A stretch of 23,621 nucleotides of DNA from an uncultured Acidobacteriota bacterium (GTDB lineage Bacteria > Acidobacteriota > Terriglobia > JAJPHL01). Both the position numbers and the translations under genes were made by a program. The notes under the pieces are model-generated. The model was not told the DNA's origin. It searched no databases and saw nothing but the letters and a program-made list of their open reading frames with translations. The stretch is from positions 1 to 23,621 of the forward strand of contig CAYPHP010000004.1 in NCBI GenBank assembly GCA_964410045.1, in the 5' to 3' direction. This document shows positions 1 to 8,760 of this stretch, one piece after another. Every line of letters begins with the position of its first letter. Positions within the stretch are counted from its first letter, which is position 1.

Positions 1-153
1 GACCACGCCTTTGTACTTGTCGGTTTGGATCTTCGGCTGCTTGACTTTGATGGGTCTGGTCGTGGTGACCTGGGCGGGCAGCGCAACGGCCAGTGCCAAT
101 CCCAGTCCTGCGGCGAGCAGGACGCGGTTTCGTCCGTTACTCTTTGTCTTCAT
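1..153 (-). CDS. secreted protein, N-terminal fragment (gene runs off the window start)
   Basis: A minus-strand ATG (plus-strand 'cat' at 151-153) opens a frame that continues past position 1. The visible 51 codons read MKTKSNGRNRVLLAAGLGLALAVALPAQVTTTRPIKVKQPK, a classic signal peptide (basic n-region, hydrophobic core, A-x-A-like site). No family is assignable from the fragment. Confidence 0.4.
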   Translation of the reverse strand, partial: MKTKSNGRNRVLLAAGLGLALAVALPAQVTTTRPIKVKQPKIQTDKYKGVV

Positions 154-421
154 CAAGGCTGATGTTCAGCGCCTTCAGAAACTTGGCGTCCTGAGAAGTA
201 AACTTCAAGTGTGTTTCAATGCTGGTGGGCTTGGGTTCGGAGTCGCCTTCATCTTCACGCTTGTTGAAGCCGATGGTCGCTTCCAGCACCAGGAAGACGT
301 CATACCCAGCGGACTTGATGTTGGAGATCGCCAAGGCAATCCGTTCCGACTCGGACAGGGATTCGTTGATGGCTCCTCCAAGTTCCTTCATGAGCTGCTT
401 CAAGCGGTCATCGAGTTTCAC
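137..421 (-). CDS. hypothetical small acidic cytoplasmic protein (~94 aa; the maximal ORF extends to 505)
   Basis: The minus-strand frame is open from 505 down to the stop at 137. The probable start is GTG at 419-421, placed 3 nt after a strong GGAGGAGGG Shine-Dalgarno. The translation is protein-like (VKLDDRLKQLMKELGGAINESLSESERIALAISNIKSAGYDVFLVLEATIGFNKREDEGD...), unlike the overlapping plus-strand ORF 11..442. I recognise no family. It overlaps the next minus-strand gene by ~17 nt. Confidence 0.5.
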   Translation of the reverse strand: MKLDDRLKQLMKELGGAINESLSESERIALAISNIKSAGYDVFLVLEATIGFNKREDEGDSEPKPTSIETHLKFTSQDAKFLKALNISLDEDKE

Positions 422-474
422 GAACCCTCCTCCGAGGCTTAAGCCGATAGTATGCCCTTGTCCGGGCCCTGTCA

Positions 475-846
475 ATGAACAGTAAGTACCAGCCGGCAGC
501 CTCACTAGAGAGACGTTGCAGGGAGCGCGATTGTTTCCACTCCGCCGCGTTCTGCTCTGTTCTAAACTACTTGGCAGTGTTTAAGCAGCTCATCTCTCAC
601 GTCATCGGCAAGCCCGGACTCCAGCTTCTGGGGCATCTCGGCCGCGTGCTCGGCCAGCTCTGGCATGAGGTGATCGGATTTACATTTTTGGCTCTGGCGG
701 TGATCGCCATTCCGGCGGTGATCAAGGAATGGAACGGCGATTCCAAATCCCGGCTGGCGATGGCCTGCGTCTTCGTCGTGACCATGGTCTACTTTGGGAT
801 TACGTCGTTCCTGAAAGCGCGGAAGTCGGCCCGCCATGACTCCTGA
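475..846 (+). CDS. small integral membrane protein (true start probably internal, e.g. GTG ~646)
   Basis: There are two hydrophobic helices ([16 protein letters not shown] and [18 protein letters not shown]) followed by a basic tail [10 protein letters not shown]. The stop overlaps the start of the mutase gene. The long form begins upstream of a sigma54-like motif at 572-587, so the real N-terminus is uncertain. No homology support. Confidence 0.25.
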   Translation: MNSKYQPAASLERRCRERDCFHSAAFCSVLNYLAVFKQLISHVIGKPGLQLLGHLGRVLGQLWHEVIGFTFLALAVIAIPAVIKEWNGDSKSRLAMACVFVVTMVYFGITSFLKARKSARHDS

Positions 847-2344
847 AGATCCCGGACAGCCCGGCCGCTTTCCGTTCACTCGCGGAATCCATCCGGAGAT
901 GTACCGCAGCCGGGTCTGGACCATGCGCCAGTACGCCGGTTTCGGCGATGCCGAGGAGTCCAATAACCGCTACCGCTACCTGATCTCGCAGGGACAGAAA
1001 GGGCTGTCGGTAGCGTTCGATCTGCCCACGCAGATGGGCATGGATTCCGATCACCCGATGGCGCTGGGGGAAGTCGGCAAGGTCGGCGTAGCCATCGATT
1101 CGCTCGAAGACATGGAAACCCTCTTTCACGGAATCCGCCTGGAAGAGATATCCACGTCCATGACCATCAACGCCACCGCTTCGATCCTGCTGTGCCTGTA
1201 TGTGGCAGTGGCCAAGACGCAGGGCGCGGACCTCAAGAAGCTTTCCGGCACGGTCCAGAACGACATTCTGAAGGAGTACATCGCCCGCGGCACCTATATC
1301 TACCCGGTGGCTCCGGCGATGCGCTTGATCACTGACCTGTTCGCATGGTGTCACGTGGAACTTCCCGCTTGGAACACGATCTCCATTAGTGGCTACCACA
1401 TACGGGAAGCGGGAGCGACCGCGGTGCAGGAACTGGCCTTTACTCTCGCCGACGGCATCGCATACGTGGAGGCGGCTCGGGCGGTTGGCCTGGAAGTCGA
1501 CGAGTTCGCGCCACGCCTGTCCTTCTTCTTCAACGCCCAGATGAATCTGCTGGAGGAGGTGTCCAAGTATCGGGCGGCGCGACGGCTGTGGGCGCGGATC
1601 ATGCGCGAACGTTTCGGAGCCCGGGATCCGAAGTCCCAGATGTTGCGCTTCCATACGCAGACGTCGGGAGCATCTCTCGCCGCGCAGCAGCCCAATGTCA
1701 ACCTGGTGCGCACGGCGATCGAAGCGCTGGCCGCGGTCCTGGGCGGCACGCAATCGCTGCACACCAACTCCCGTGACGAGGCCTTGGGCCTGCCGACCGA
1801 GGAGTCCGTGCTGCTGGCTTTGCGCACCCAACAAGTGATTGCCCATGAAACTGGTGTGGCCAACACTGTCGATCCGCTGGGCGGAGCGTGGCATATTGAA
1901 GAGAAGACCGCGGAACTGGAACAGGGCGCCGAGAAGTACATCAGCCGCATCGACGCCATGGGCGGCATGATCAAGGCCATCGAAGCCGGGTTTGTGCAGA
2001 GTGAAATCCAGAACTCCGCCTACGACTATCAGCGCGCCGTGGAGACCGGCAGCCGGATTGTGGTGGGCGTCAACCGTTTCCAGCAGGACGACCCGGCGAT
2101 GCCCGCGCAATACATCAACCCGGCCTTGGAGCAAGCGCAAGTGGAACGGGTGCGTCGCGCGCGCGCGCGCCGCGACCCCGCGAGATGTCAAGCGGCCCTG
2201 ACCGCGGTGGAGGAAGCCGCGCGCGGCCAGGAAAATCTGATGCCTCGAATCCTCTGCGCCGTGGAAGCGCACGCCACGGTCGGCGAGATCAGCGACTCCA
2301 TGCGACGCGTCTTCGGTGAATACCGCGAGACGGTGGTGGTGTAA
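836..2344 (+). CDS. methylmalonyl-CoA mutase family, catalytic (large) subunit; TIM-barrel domain only, no B12-binding domain
   Basis: The N-terminal acyl-CoA mutase signature [26 protein letters not shown] is present. The mutase barrel is conserved throughout, including ([27 protein letters not shown]). The 502-aa product ends before any cobalamin-binding (DxHxxG) domain. The stop overlaps the tsaD ATG (TAATG). Confidence 0.9.
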   Translation: MTPEDPGQPGRFPFTRGIHPEMYRSRVWTMRQYAGFGDAEESNNRYRYLISQGQKGLSVAFDLPTQMGMDSDHPMALGEVGKVGVAIDSLEDMETLFHGIRLEEISTSMTINATASILLCLYVAVAKTQGADLKKLSGTVQNDILKEYIARGTYIYPVAPAMRLITDLFAWCHVELPAWNTISISGYHIREAGATAVQELAFTLADGIAYVEAARAVGLEVDEFAPRLSFFFNAQMNLLEEVSKYRAARRLWARIMRERFGARDPKSQMLRFHTQTSGASLAAQQPNVNLVRTAIEALAAVLGGTQSLHTNSRDEALGLPTEESVLLALRTQQVIAHETGVANTVDPLGGAWHIEEKTAELEQGAEKYISRIDAMGGMIKAIEAGFVQSEIQNSAYDYQRAVETGSRIVVGVNRFQQDDPAMPAQYINPALEQAQVERVRRARARRDPARCQAALTAVEEAARGQENLMPRILCAVEAHATVGEISDSMRRVFGEYRETVVV

Positions 2345-3417
2345 TGCTGATCCTGGGCATCGAATCTTCCTGCGATGAAACGTCCGCGGCCCTGGTCGAG
2401 GACGGCGCGCGGATTCTCTCGAATGTGGTGGCCTCGCAAGTAGCCACCCACGCCGAATACGGAGGCGTGGTTCCCGAGTTGGCCTCGCGCGAGCATCTGC
2501 GCGCGATCGTCCCGATTGTCCGGCAAGCCTTCGCGAAGGCAGGCAGGCGCTACGGCGACGTTGATGCCGTGGCGGTGACCGCAGGCCCGGGTCTGGTTGG
2601 CTCGCTGTTGGTTGGCCTGACATATGCGAAGGCCATGGCGCTCTCACTCGGCAAGCCGCTGATCGGCGTCAACCATCTTGAGGGTCACATCCACTCGGTG
2701 CTTCTGGAACGGCGCACTCGTGGCGAGCCCGACCCGGAGTTTCCGGCGTTGGCCTTGATCGTGAGCGGCGGACATACTTTGCTCGTGTTGGTGGACCACC
2801 CGAGCGAGGCCGAGTGGAGCTACCGGATCATTGGCCGGACGCGTGACGATGCCGCCGGCGAGGCCTACGACAAGGTGGCCAAGTTGCTCGGCTTGGGCTA
2901 TCCCGGCGGCCCGGTGATCGATCGACTGGCGGGTCACGGCGATGCGCACGCCGTGCCGTTCACGCCACCGAAGATCAAGGGCAGCCTGCTCGATTTCAGC
3001 TTCAGCGGCATCAAAACGGCGGTGCTGCGCTACGTCCAGGCTCACGGGTTGGAGGAAGATGCGCGGCAGCGCCGCGCGCAGTTGCCGGCGAGTCTTAATC
3101 AGATTCCGCAGCAGACCCTGGACCTGCTGGCCAGTTTCCAGCACGCCGTCGTGGAAGACCTTTGGACCCGCACGCGCGCAGCCGCGCAACAATTCGATGT
3201 GCGCACGGTGATGGTCAGCGGCGGAGTGGCCTGCAATTCCCTGCTGCGCCGGCGCTTCGCGCATCTTGACGGGCTGCCAGTGGGCTTTCCCAGTCCGGCT
3301 CTTTCAACCGACAACGCCGCCATGATCGCCGCCGCAGCGTATCCCACGCTATTGGCGGGGCGCTTCTCCGACCTCAGCCTGAGTGCTGATCCGCAGTTGC
3401 CGCTCGAGGTTTCCTAG
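2344..3417 (+). CDS. tsaD: tRNA N6-adenosine threonylcarbamoyltransferase TsaD (Kae1/YgjD family)
   Basis: The N-terminus [18 protein letters not shown] and the metal-binding region [11 protein letters not shown] are diagnostic. Other characteristic segments are [16 protein letters not shown] and the C-terminal [11 protein letters not shown]. The length of 357 aa is typical. Confidence 0.93.
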   Translation: MLILGIESSCDETSAALVEDGARILSNVVASQVATHAEYGGVVPELASREHLRAIVPIVRQAFAKAGRRYGDVDAVAVTAGPGLVGSLLVGLTYAKAMALSLGKPLIGVNHLEGHIHSVLLERRTRGEPDPEFPALALIVSGGHTLLVLVDHPSEAEWSYRIIGRTRDDAAGEAYDKVAKLLGLGYPGGPVIDRLAGHGDAHAVPFTPPKIKGSLLDFSFSGIKTAVLRYVQAHGLEEDARQRRAQLPASLNQIPQQTLDLLASFQHAVVEDLWTRTRAAAQQFDVRTVMVSGGVACNSLLRRRFAHLDGLPVGFPSPALSTDNAAMIAAAAYPTLLAGRFSDLSLSADPQLPLEVS

Positions 3418-3420
3418 ACG

Positions 3421-5364
3421 ATGCGCATCGCCATCGACACCGGCGGCACGTTCACCGATTGCGTCTTCCTTGAAGACGGGCGGTTGCGAATCCTCAAAAT
3501 ATTCTCGACGCCCGCCAATCCCGCGGAAGCCATCCTCAAGGCTGTCCGCAAAATCACCGCCCAAGCCGCCGGGCTGGAACTGCGTCACGGGACCACGGTG
3601 GGAACCAACACGCTTCTGGAGCGCAACGGCGCTCGGGTGGCGTTCGTGACCACTGCGGGCTTCGAAGACACCATCGCCATCGGCCGCCAGTGCCGACCGA
3701 ATCTCTACGATTGGTTTGTGGTCCCACCACCGCCGCTGGCCCCCGAAGGATTGCGCTTCGGCGTGGACGAGCGGACCTTGCCGGATGGTTCGGTGCTGAA
3801 GGCGGCCGATCCCAAGGCCCTGAAGCGCTTGGCGGCGGCGGTCCGTGAGGCCGGCGCGGAGTCCGTGGCGGTGTCCCTGCTGTTTTCCTTTGCCAATTCG
3901 CAGAACGAGCTGGCGGCCGGGGAGGCCTTGGCGTGCCTAGGTGTTCCGGTTTCGCTTTCTCATCGGATCCTTCCTGAGTTTCGCGAATACGAGCGCGGGT
4001 CGACGGTGCTGGTGAACGCCTACCTGGCGCCGCGGATGAGCCGCTACGTCGAGCAACTGGCGGCCAGCTTCCCCGGCAGCCAGGTGAGCGTGATGCAGAG
4101 TTCCGGCGGCATCGTGGCGGCGGACGTGGCGGCACGCGAGCCGGTGCGCACCATTCTCTCGGGGCCCGCCGGCGGCGTTGTGGGAGCGCACGCGGTGGCC
4201 CGCCAAGCGGGCTTCGAACGCATCATCACATTCGACATGGGTGGAACCTCCACCGATGTGGCCTTGGTGGACGGTCCGCTGGCTACCACCAACGAAAGCG
4301 TGGTGGCGGGTCTCCCGGTGGGCGTGCCGATGCTGGACATCCACACCGTCGGCGCCGGCGGCGGTTCGCTGGCTCACTTCGATTCCGGTGGCGCGCTGCG
4401 CGTCGGTCCGCAGTCGGCCGGCGCCGATCCCGGTCCTATCTGTTACGGGAAGGGAACCAGGCCCACGGTCACCGACGCGAATCTGCTGCTCGGACGTCTC
4501 GATCCGCAGGCCTTCCTGGGCGGCGAATTGACTCTGGATGCCGCGCGCGCCAAGCAGTATTGCAGCAAGGCGCGCGGTGGCTTGAAGAGCGTCGATGAGT
4601 TTGCCGCCGGGATCATGCGCCTGGCCGAAGCCACCATGGAGAAGGCCATCCGGGTGATCTCCGTGGAGCGCGGCCGCGATCCGCGCGACTACACGTTGGT
4701 CAGCTTTGGCGGCGCCGGCGGCCTGCACGCCTGCTCGTTAGCACGCGCCCTACGCATCCCACGGGTTCTGGTGCCATGCTTCCCGGGGGCGCTCTCGGCG
4801 CTGGGCATCTTGATCTCCGACGTGGTCAAGGACTACTCGCGCACGGTGATGTTGCCGCCGGATTCGCCGCAACTCGAACTGCACTTCCGGGAACTGGAGA
4901 CATCCGGACAGGCGGACCTCAAGCAGGAAGGACTGCGAGGAATGGTGCAGCGGTCCTTGGACATGCGTTACGCGGGTCAAGGCTTCGAACTCAATGTGGA
5001 TGCGGGAATCGGCTTCTTGAAGCGCTTCCACGCCGCACACCGCCAGCGCTACGGCTATGCTGATCCGGCGCGGCCCGTGGAGGTGGTGAATGTGCGGGTG
5101 CGTCTGGTGTCCCAGACCCAGCCGGTGAAATTCTCGAAGCAGCGACTGAAACGGGGCAATGCCCGCCAGGCGATCGCTCGCCGCGGCCGGGTAGTCTTCG
5201 ACGGACGTGCGCATCAGTCTCCGATTTATCAACGTGATTCGCTTAAGCCCGGCGACGCGTTCGCCGGACCCGCGGTGCTGGTGGAATACAGCGCGACGAC
5301 CGTAATTCCACCTGGGTGCCGGGCGAATGTCGACGCGCATGGAAACGTGGTGATCGAGCTATGA
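3421..5364 (+). CDS. hyuA: hydantoinase/oxoprolinase family protein, A (HyuA-like) subunit
   Basis: The N-terminus MRIAIDTGGTFTDCV is the Hydantoinase_A N-terminal motif. A second ATPase-fold motif, ITFDMGGTSTDVALV, is present. The gene lies 3 nt after the tsaD stop. The substrate (hydantoin, 5-oxoproline, acetone/acetophenone carboxylase-like) cannot be assigned from sequence. Confidence 0.87.
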   Translation: MRIAIDTGGTFTDCVFLEDGRLRILKIFSTPANPAEAILKAVRKITAQAAGLELRHGTTVGTNTLLERNGARVAFVTTAGFEDTIAIGRQCRPNLYDWFVVPPPPLAPEGLRFGVDERTLPDGSVLKAADPKALKRLAAAVREAGAESVAVSLLFSFANSQNELAAGEALACLGVPVSLSHRILPEFREYERGSTVLVNAYLAPRMSRYVEQLAASFPGSQVSVMQSSGGIVAADVAAREPVRTILSGPAGGVVGAHAVARQAGFERIITFDMGGTSTDVALVDGPLATTNESVVAGLPVGVPMLDIHTVGAGGGSLAHFDSGGALRVGPQSAGADPGPICYGKGTRPTVTDANLLLGRLDPQAFLGGELTLDAARAKQYCSKARGGLKSVDEFAAGIMRLAEATMEKAIRVISVERGRDPRDYTLVSFGGAGGLHACSLARALRIPRVLVPCFPGALSALGILISDVVKDYSRTVMLPPDSPQLELHFRELETSGQADLKQEGLRGMVQRSLDMRYAGQGFELNVDAGIGFLKRFHAAHRQRYGYADPARPVEVVNVRVRLVSQTQPVKFSKQRLKRGNARQAIARRGRVVFDGRAHQSPIYQRDSLKPGDAFAGPAVLVEYSATTVIPPGCRANVDAHGNVVIEL

Positions 5365-6950
5365 AGAAGCAATCCGTGGACCCCATCGAGCTAGGGATCT
5401 TCAAACACGCTTTCCATTCCATCGCTGAGGAGATGGGGGCGGCGCTGCGGCGCACGGCGTTCTCGCCCAACATCAAGGAGCGACGCGACTATTCCTCGGC
5501 GGTCTTCGATCCGGCGGGAGAAGTCGTGGCCATGGGCGATCACATGCCCGTACACCTCGGATCGATGCCCATGTCGGTGCGGGCTGCTGTGGATGCGCTG
5601 GCCCTGGCCGACGGCGACGTGGCCATCCTGAACGATCCCTATTTCGGCGGGACGCATCTGCCGGACATCACCCTGGTCGCTCCGGTGTACTGCGGCAAGA
5701 AGTTGACCTTCTATGTGGCCAACCGCGCCCATCACGCCGACGTCGGCGGCGCTTACGCCGGATCGATGGGCCTGTGCCGGGAGATCTATCAGGAGGGAAT
5801 CCGCATTCCTCCGGTGCGCATCATTCGTGGCGGCCGCGTCGACCGCGAGATGCTCGACTTGATCCTGTACAACGTGCGCACTCCCGCCGAGCGCGAAGGC
5901 GACCTGACCGCCCTGATCGGGGCGTGCCGTATCGGCGCCGAGCGGCTCACGGAGATGACCGCCAAATACGGGCGGCCGAAGGTGCTGCAGCAAATGGCTG
6001 CGTTGCTTGATTACTCGGAGCGGTTGACGCGCGCGGCGGTCGCCGCGTTGCCCGAAGGCGAATTCACCGCAGAGGATTTCCTGGACGACGATGGCATTCA
6101 TGCGCGACCCGTCAAGTTTCGGGCCATGTTGCGCATTCGTCCCCGGGAGGGCCGGGCGGTGGTGGATTTTGCAGGCACCGATCCGCAGGTGGCAGGCAGT
6201 ATCAACGCGGTCTACGCCATCACCTTTTCGGCGGTGTTCTATGTATTTCGCTGCCTGCTGGAGGAAGGCGCTCCGGCTACCGCGGGAATCATGCGCCCCA
6301 TCGAGGTGCTCGCGCCGCTGGGTACGGTAGTGAATGCGCGGCCGCCGGCAGCGGTCGCCGGAGGTAATGTCGAAACATCACAACGCATTACGGACGTGTT
6401 GCTGCGGGCATTAGCCCAAGCCGCGCCGCATCGCGTCCCGGCGGCCTGCTCCGGCACCATGAACAACCTGACCATCGGCGGCGTCGATCCGAGGACGGGG
6501 AATCCCTTCGCCTACTACGAAACCATAGCGGGTGGTTTCGGTGCCCGGCCCGATCGCGACGGCATCCCAGGGATTCACACGCACATGACCAACTCCCTGA
6601 ACACGCCGGTGGAGGCTTTGGAATACTTTTATCCATTTCGCGTCCGCCGCTACGCGTACCGCAAGGGTTCAGGCGGCAACGGACGCTTCCGGGGTGGCGA
6701 CGGTCTGATTCGCGAAATCGAGTTGCTGACCGAGTCGCAGGTCACCGTGCTCGCTGACCGGCGCAGCTTTCCGCCTTACGGATTGGCCGGAGGGCAGCCG
6801 GGCGCTTGCGGACGAACCACCATCGTCCGTCGCGACGGCGGGGAGGAAGCACTGCCGGGCAAATGCAATCTGGCCGCCCAGCCCGGCGACGTGATCCGCA
6901 TTGAAAGTCCGGGAGGTGGCGGGTGGGGACGACCGCTCACTTCTGAGTGA
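5361..6950 (+). CDS. hyuB: hydantoinase/oxoprolinase family protein, B (HyuB-like) subunit
   Basis: The ATG at 5361 overlaps the hyuA stop (ATGA). The product has the Hydantoinase_B features (MKKQSVDPIELGIFKHAFHSIAEEMG..., DYSSAVFDPAGEVVAM, ILNDPYFGGTHLPD). The ORF track's earlier start at 5316 is probably an in-frame extension inside hyuA. Confidence 0.87.
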   Translation: MKKQSVDPIELGIFKHAFHSIAEEMGAALRRTAFSPNIKERRDYSSAVFDPAGEVVAMGDHMPVHLGSMPMSVRAAVDALALADGDVAILNDPYFGGTHLPDITLVAPVYCGKKLTFYVANRAHHADVGGAYAGSMGLCREIYQEGIRIPPVRIIRGGRVDREMLDLILYNVRTPAEREGDLTALIGACRIGAERLTEMTAKYGRPKVLQQMAALLDYSERLTRAAVAALPEGEFTAEDFLDDDGIHARPVKFRAMLRIRPREGRAVVDFAGTDPQVAGSINAVYAITFSAVFYVFRCLLEEGAPATAGIMRPIEVLAPLGTVVNARPPAAVAGGNVETSQRITDVLLRALAQAAPHRVPAACSGTMNNLTIGGVDPRTGNPFAYYETIAGGFGARPDRDGIPGIHTHMTNSLNTPVEALEYFYPFRVRRYAYRKGSGGNGRFRGGDGLIREIELLTESQVTVLADRRSFPPYGLAGGQPGACGRTTIVRRDGGEEALPGKCNLAAQPGDVIRIESPGGGGWGRPLTSE

Positions 6951-7216
6951 GCAACTGAGAGAACAGCAGGAAGAACAGCAACAGCATTCCAAACAGCACC
7001 ACCAGGCAGCTTACCAGGCGACCTCTGCTGCCGGTACTCGCGCCCTTCTTGCGGGCTTTCTCAGGTTTCCAGCGGCTCACCGAATGATTATATAGCCCAC
7101 CGGGTGTGCGAAAAGCCCCAGGCGGACCCATCCTGCGGCTCTGGAAGTGATTGTCAGGAAAGGCTCAGGGGTGTGGCCGCGAACTTGCCGGAGACTCCAG
7201 CGGAGGAACTCCGGCC

Positions 7217-8680
7217 ATGTTGGTTGCCGCCGGGGTTCTGCTCGTTAGTCTCTGGGCTGCCGCGGAGAGATCAGCGTGGCAGCAAGCGATGCAGGCCGGA
7301 CGCGATCTGAGCGCGCGAGGCCAGTACGCCCAAGCGATTCCCTTCTACGAAAAGGCTGTCGAGGCCGTGGACGACGACCCCGCGGAGAGCGAGGAACTGG
7401 CCAGCAGCCTGAGCGCCCTCTCAACGGCGTACCGATTTCAAGGGCGGCTGGATCAGGCCGAAACGTCGGCCCTCCGGGCCCAGTCGATCTGGGAAAGGCT
7501 GAAGGGACCGCAGCACCGCCTGACTGCGAGGGCGCTGATAAGCTTGGCTTCGGTTTACGCGGCAGCAGGCCGCTCCGGCCCCGCCGAAGAGAGGTTTCGC
7601 GCCGCCCTCGAAATCCTGGAGCGTGATCCAGACTCGGGAGCCGACCTGAGTGTCGCCTACAGCAATTTTGGCGCGCTGCTGGCATCCAACGGACAGATGG
7701 AGGAAGCTGCGGCGCTCCTCCGCAGGGCCTTGGACTTGAATTCCACGGAACCCAGCGCGGGATTGATGACGACACTCAACAATCTCGGCGACCTGCAACA
7801 TACCCTGGGCAAGCAGACCGAGGCACAACAGTTCCTGGAGCGGGCTTTGGCGGTCGGGAACGTGGTCTACCCCGACGGGCATCCAGAAATTGCGGCGGTG
7901 CTGAACAATCTGGGCGCTTGCGCCAACACCCGGGGAGACTACCTGCAGGCCGAGAAGTTTTACCAGCGAGCCCTAGCGATGCGCGAGGCCGCGCAGGGAC
8001 CGGACCACCCGGAAGTGGCCGTGATCCTGAACAACATGGCGCAGGTGCGGCGAGCCCAGGGCCATACCGACAGGGCCATGATTCTCCAACAGCGGGCCCT
8101 GGAGATTCTGTCGAAGAGCTTCGAGAACCACCACCCGCGCGTGATCGCAGCGCTGAACAATGTGGCTGCGTTGAAGGTCCATAAGAACCGCTTGGACGAG
8201 GCGGAAGCGGATCTCCGGCAGGTGGTCAAGCGAGGGGAGCAGGCCTGGGGTCCCGACCATCCAGCGCAAGCCACGGCGCTGAACAATCTCGCGGAAGTGT
8301 ACGCGTTGCACCACCGTTATGACCAAGCCGAGCCGCTTTTCCAGAGAGCGGCGCGTATTCTGGAGCGAACGCTGGGGTCGGAGCATCCCTTGGTCGCAAC
8401 GATCCTGTTTAACCTCGCGGAAGGCTACCGGCACACCAACAAGCGCCGCCTGGCCGAGCCCCTTTACCTGCAAGCCCTGGAAATTCGCGAGAAAGCGCTA
8501 GGAGCGAACCACCCGAGTGTCGCCGATTGCTTGTCCGGGTATGTCGCATTGCTCCGGCAAGAGAAACGCAAGGCCGAAGTGTCGCGCTTGAACGCGCGAA
8601 TCAAGGAGATTCGCGCGTTCCATGCCGGGGCCACTCTGCCGCACAACACGGTGGACTGGCGGGAACTCCAAAAGCGCTGA
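7217..8680 (+). CDS. tetratricopeptide-repeat protein (TPR_12/kinesin-light-chain type) with N-terminal hydrophobic anchor or signal
   Basis: There are at least 8 consecutive 42-aa TPR_12-type repeats with the recurring pattern L(N)NLA..Y...G.Y..AE.LY.RAL.I.E..LG..HP.VA. The start was chosen at ATG 7217 (MLVAAGVLLVSLWAAA) because GGAGGA lies 9 nt upstream. The track start at 7151 is less likely. Confidence 0.85.
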   Translation: MLVAAGVLLVSLWAAAERSAWQQAMQAGRDLSARGQYAQAIPFYEKAVEAVDDDPAESEELASSLSALSTAYRFQGRLDQAETSALRAQSIWERLKGPQHRLTARALISLASVYAAAGRSGPAEERFRAALEILERDPDSGADLSVAYSNFGALLASNGQMEEAAALLRRALDLNSTEPSAGLMTTLNNLGDLQHTLGKQTEAQQFLERALAVGNVVYPDGHPEIAAVLNNLGACANTRGDYLQAEKFYQRALAMREAAQGPDHPEVAVILNNMAQVRRAQGHTDRAMILQQRALEILSKSFENHHPRVIAALNNVAALKVHKNRLDEAEADLRQVVKRGEQAWGPDHPAQATALNNLAEVYALHHRYDQAEPLFQRAARILERTLGSEHPLVATILFNLAEGYRHTNKRRLAEPLYLQALEIREKALGANHPSVADCLSGYVALLRQEKRKAEVSRLNARIKEIRAFHAGATLPHNTVDWRELQKR

Positions 8681-8760
8681 AACCCACCAACCGCGTCCTC
8701 CGTCCATCATGTTGACCGCCGCTCCGTCACCACCCGCAAGTTGGGGAAAGGGAAGGCTTT

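Noticed and set aside
11-442. A plus-strand 143-aa ORF at the window start.
   Set aside because: It overlaps two co-oriented minus-strand genes with better protein-like composition, a real SD and a signal peptide. Its own translation is low-complexity (AGSATASANPSPAASRTRFRP).
2140-2180. An alternating (GC)n tract (GCGCGCGCGCGCCGCG) inside the mutase gene.
   Set aside because: It encodes RRARARRD in frame. It is a coding-sequence consequence of Arg/Ala codons in a high-GC genome, not a Z-DNA or repeat feature of note.
800-2647. A 615-aa minus-strand ORF antisense to the mutase gene. Similar long antisense ORFs are 15331..17190 (+), 9716..10822 (-), 22328..23476 (-), 3937..4728 (-), 4750..5340 (-), 5391..6101 (-) and 7973..8473 (-).
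   Set aside because: In a ~65% GC genome, stop-poor antisense frames are expected. Their translations are Arg/Ala/Gly/Pro-rich with no recognisable motifs. In each case the opposite strand carries a gene with clear family signatures (mutase, TonB receptor, M16, SPFH, hydantoinases, TPR).
6937-7131. A minus-strand 64-aa ORF with a hydrophobic C-terminus (LVSCLVVLFGMLLLFFLLFSQLL), overlapping the hyuB 3' end.
   Set aside because: There is no SD. A TATATAAT-like element inside it would start transcription within the ORF. Its hydrophobic tail is the antisense image of the Glu/Gln-rich C-terminus of HyuB (EQLREQQEEQQQ), a typical mirror artefact. I cannot exclude a tail-anchored micro-protein, but the evidence is too thin.
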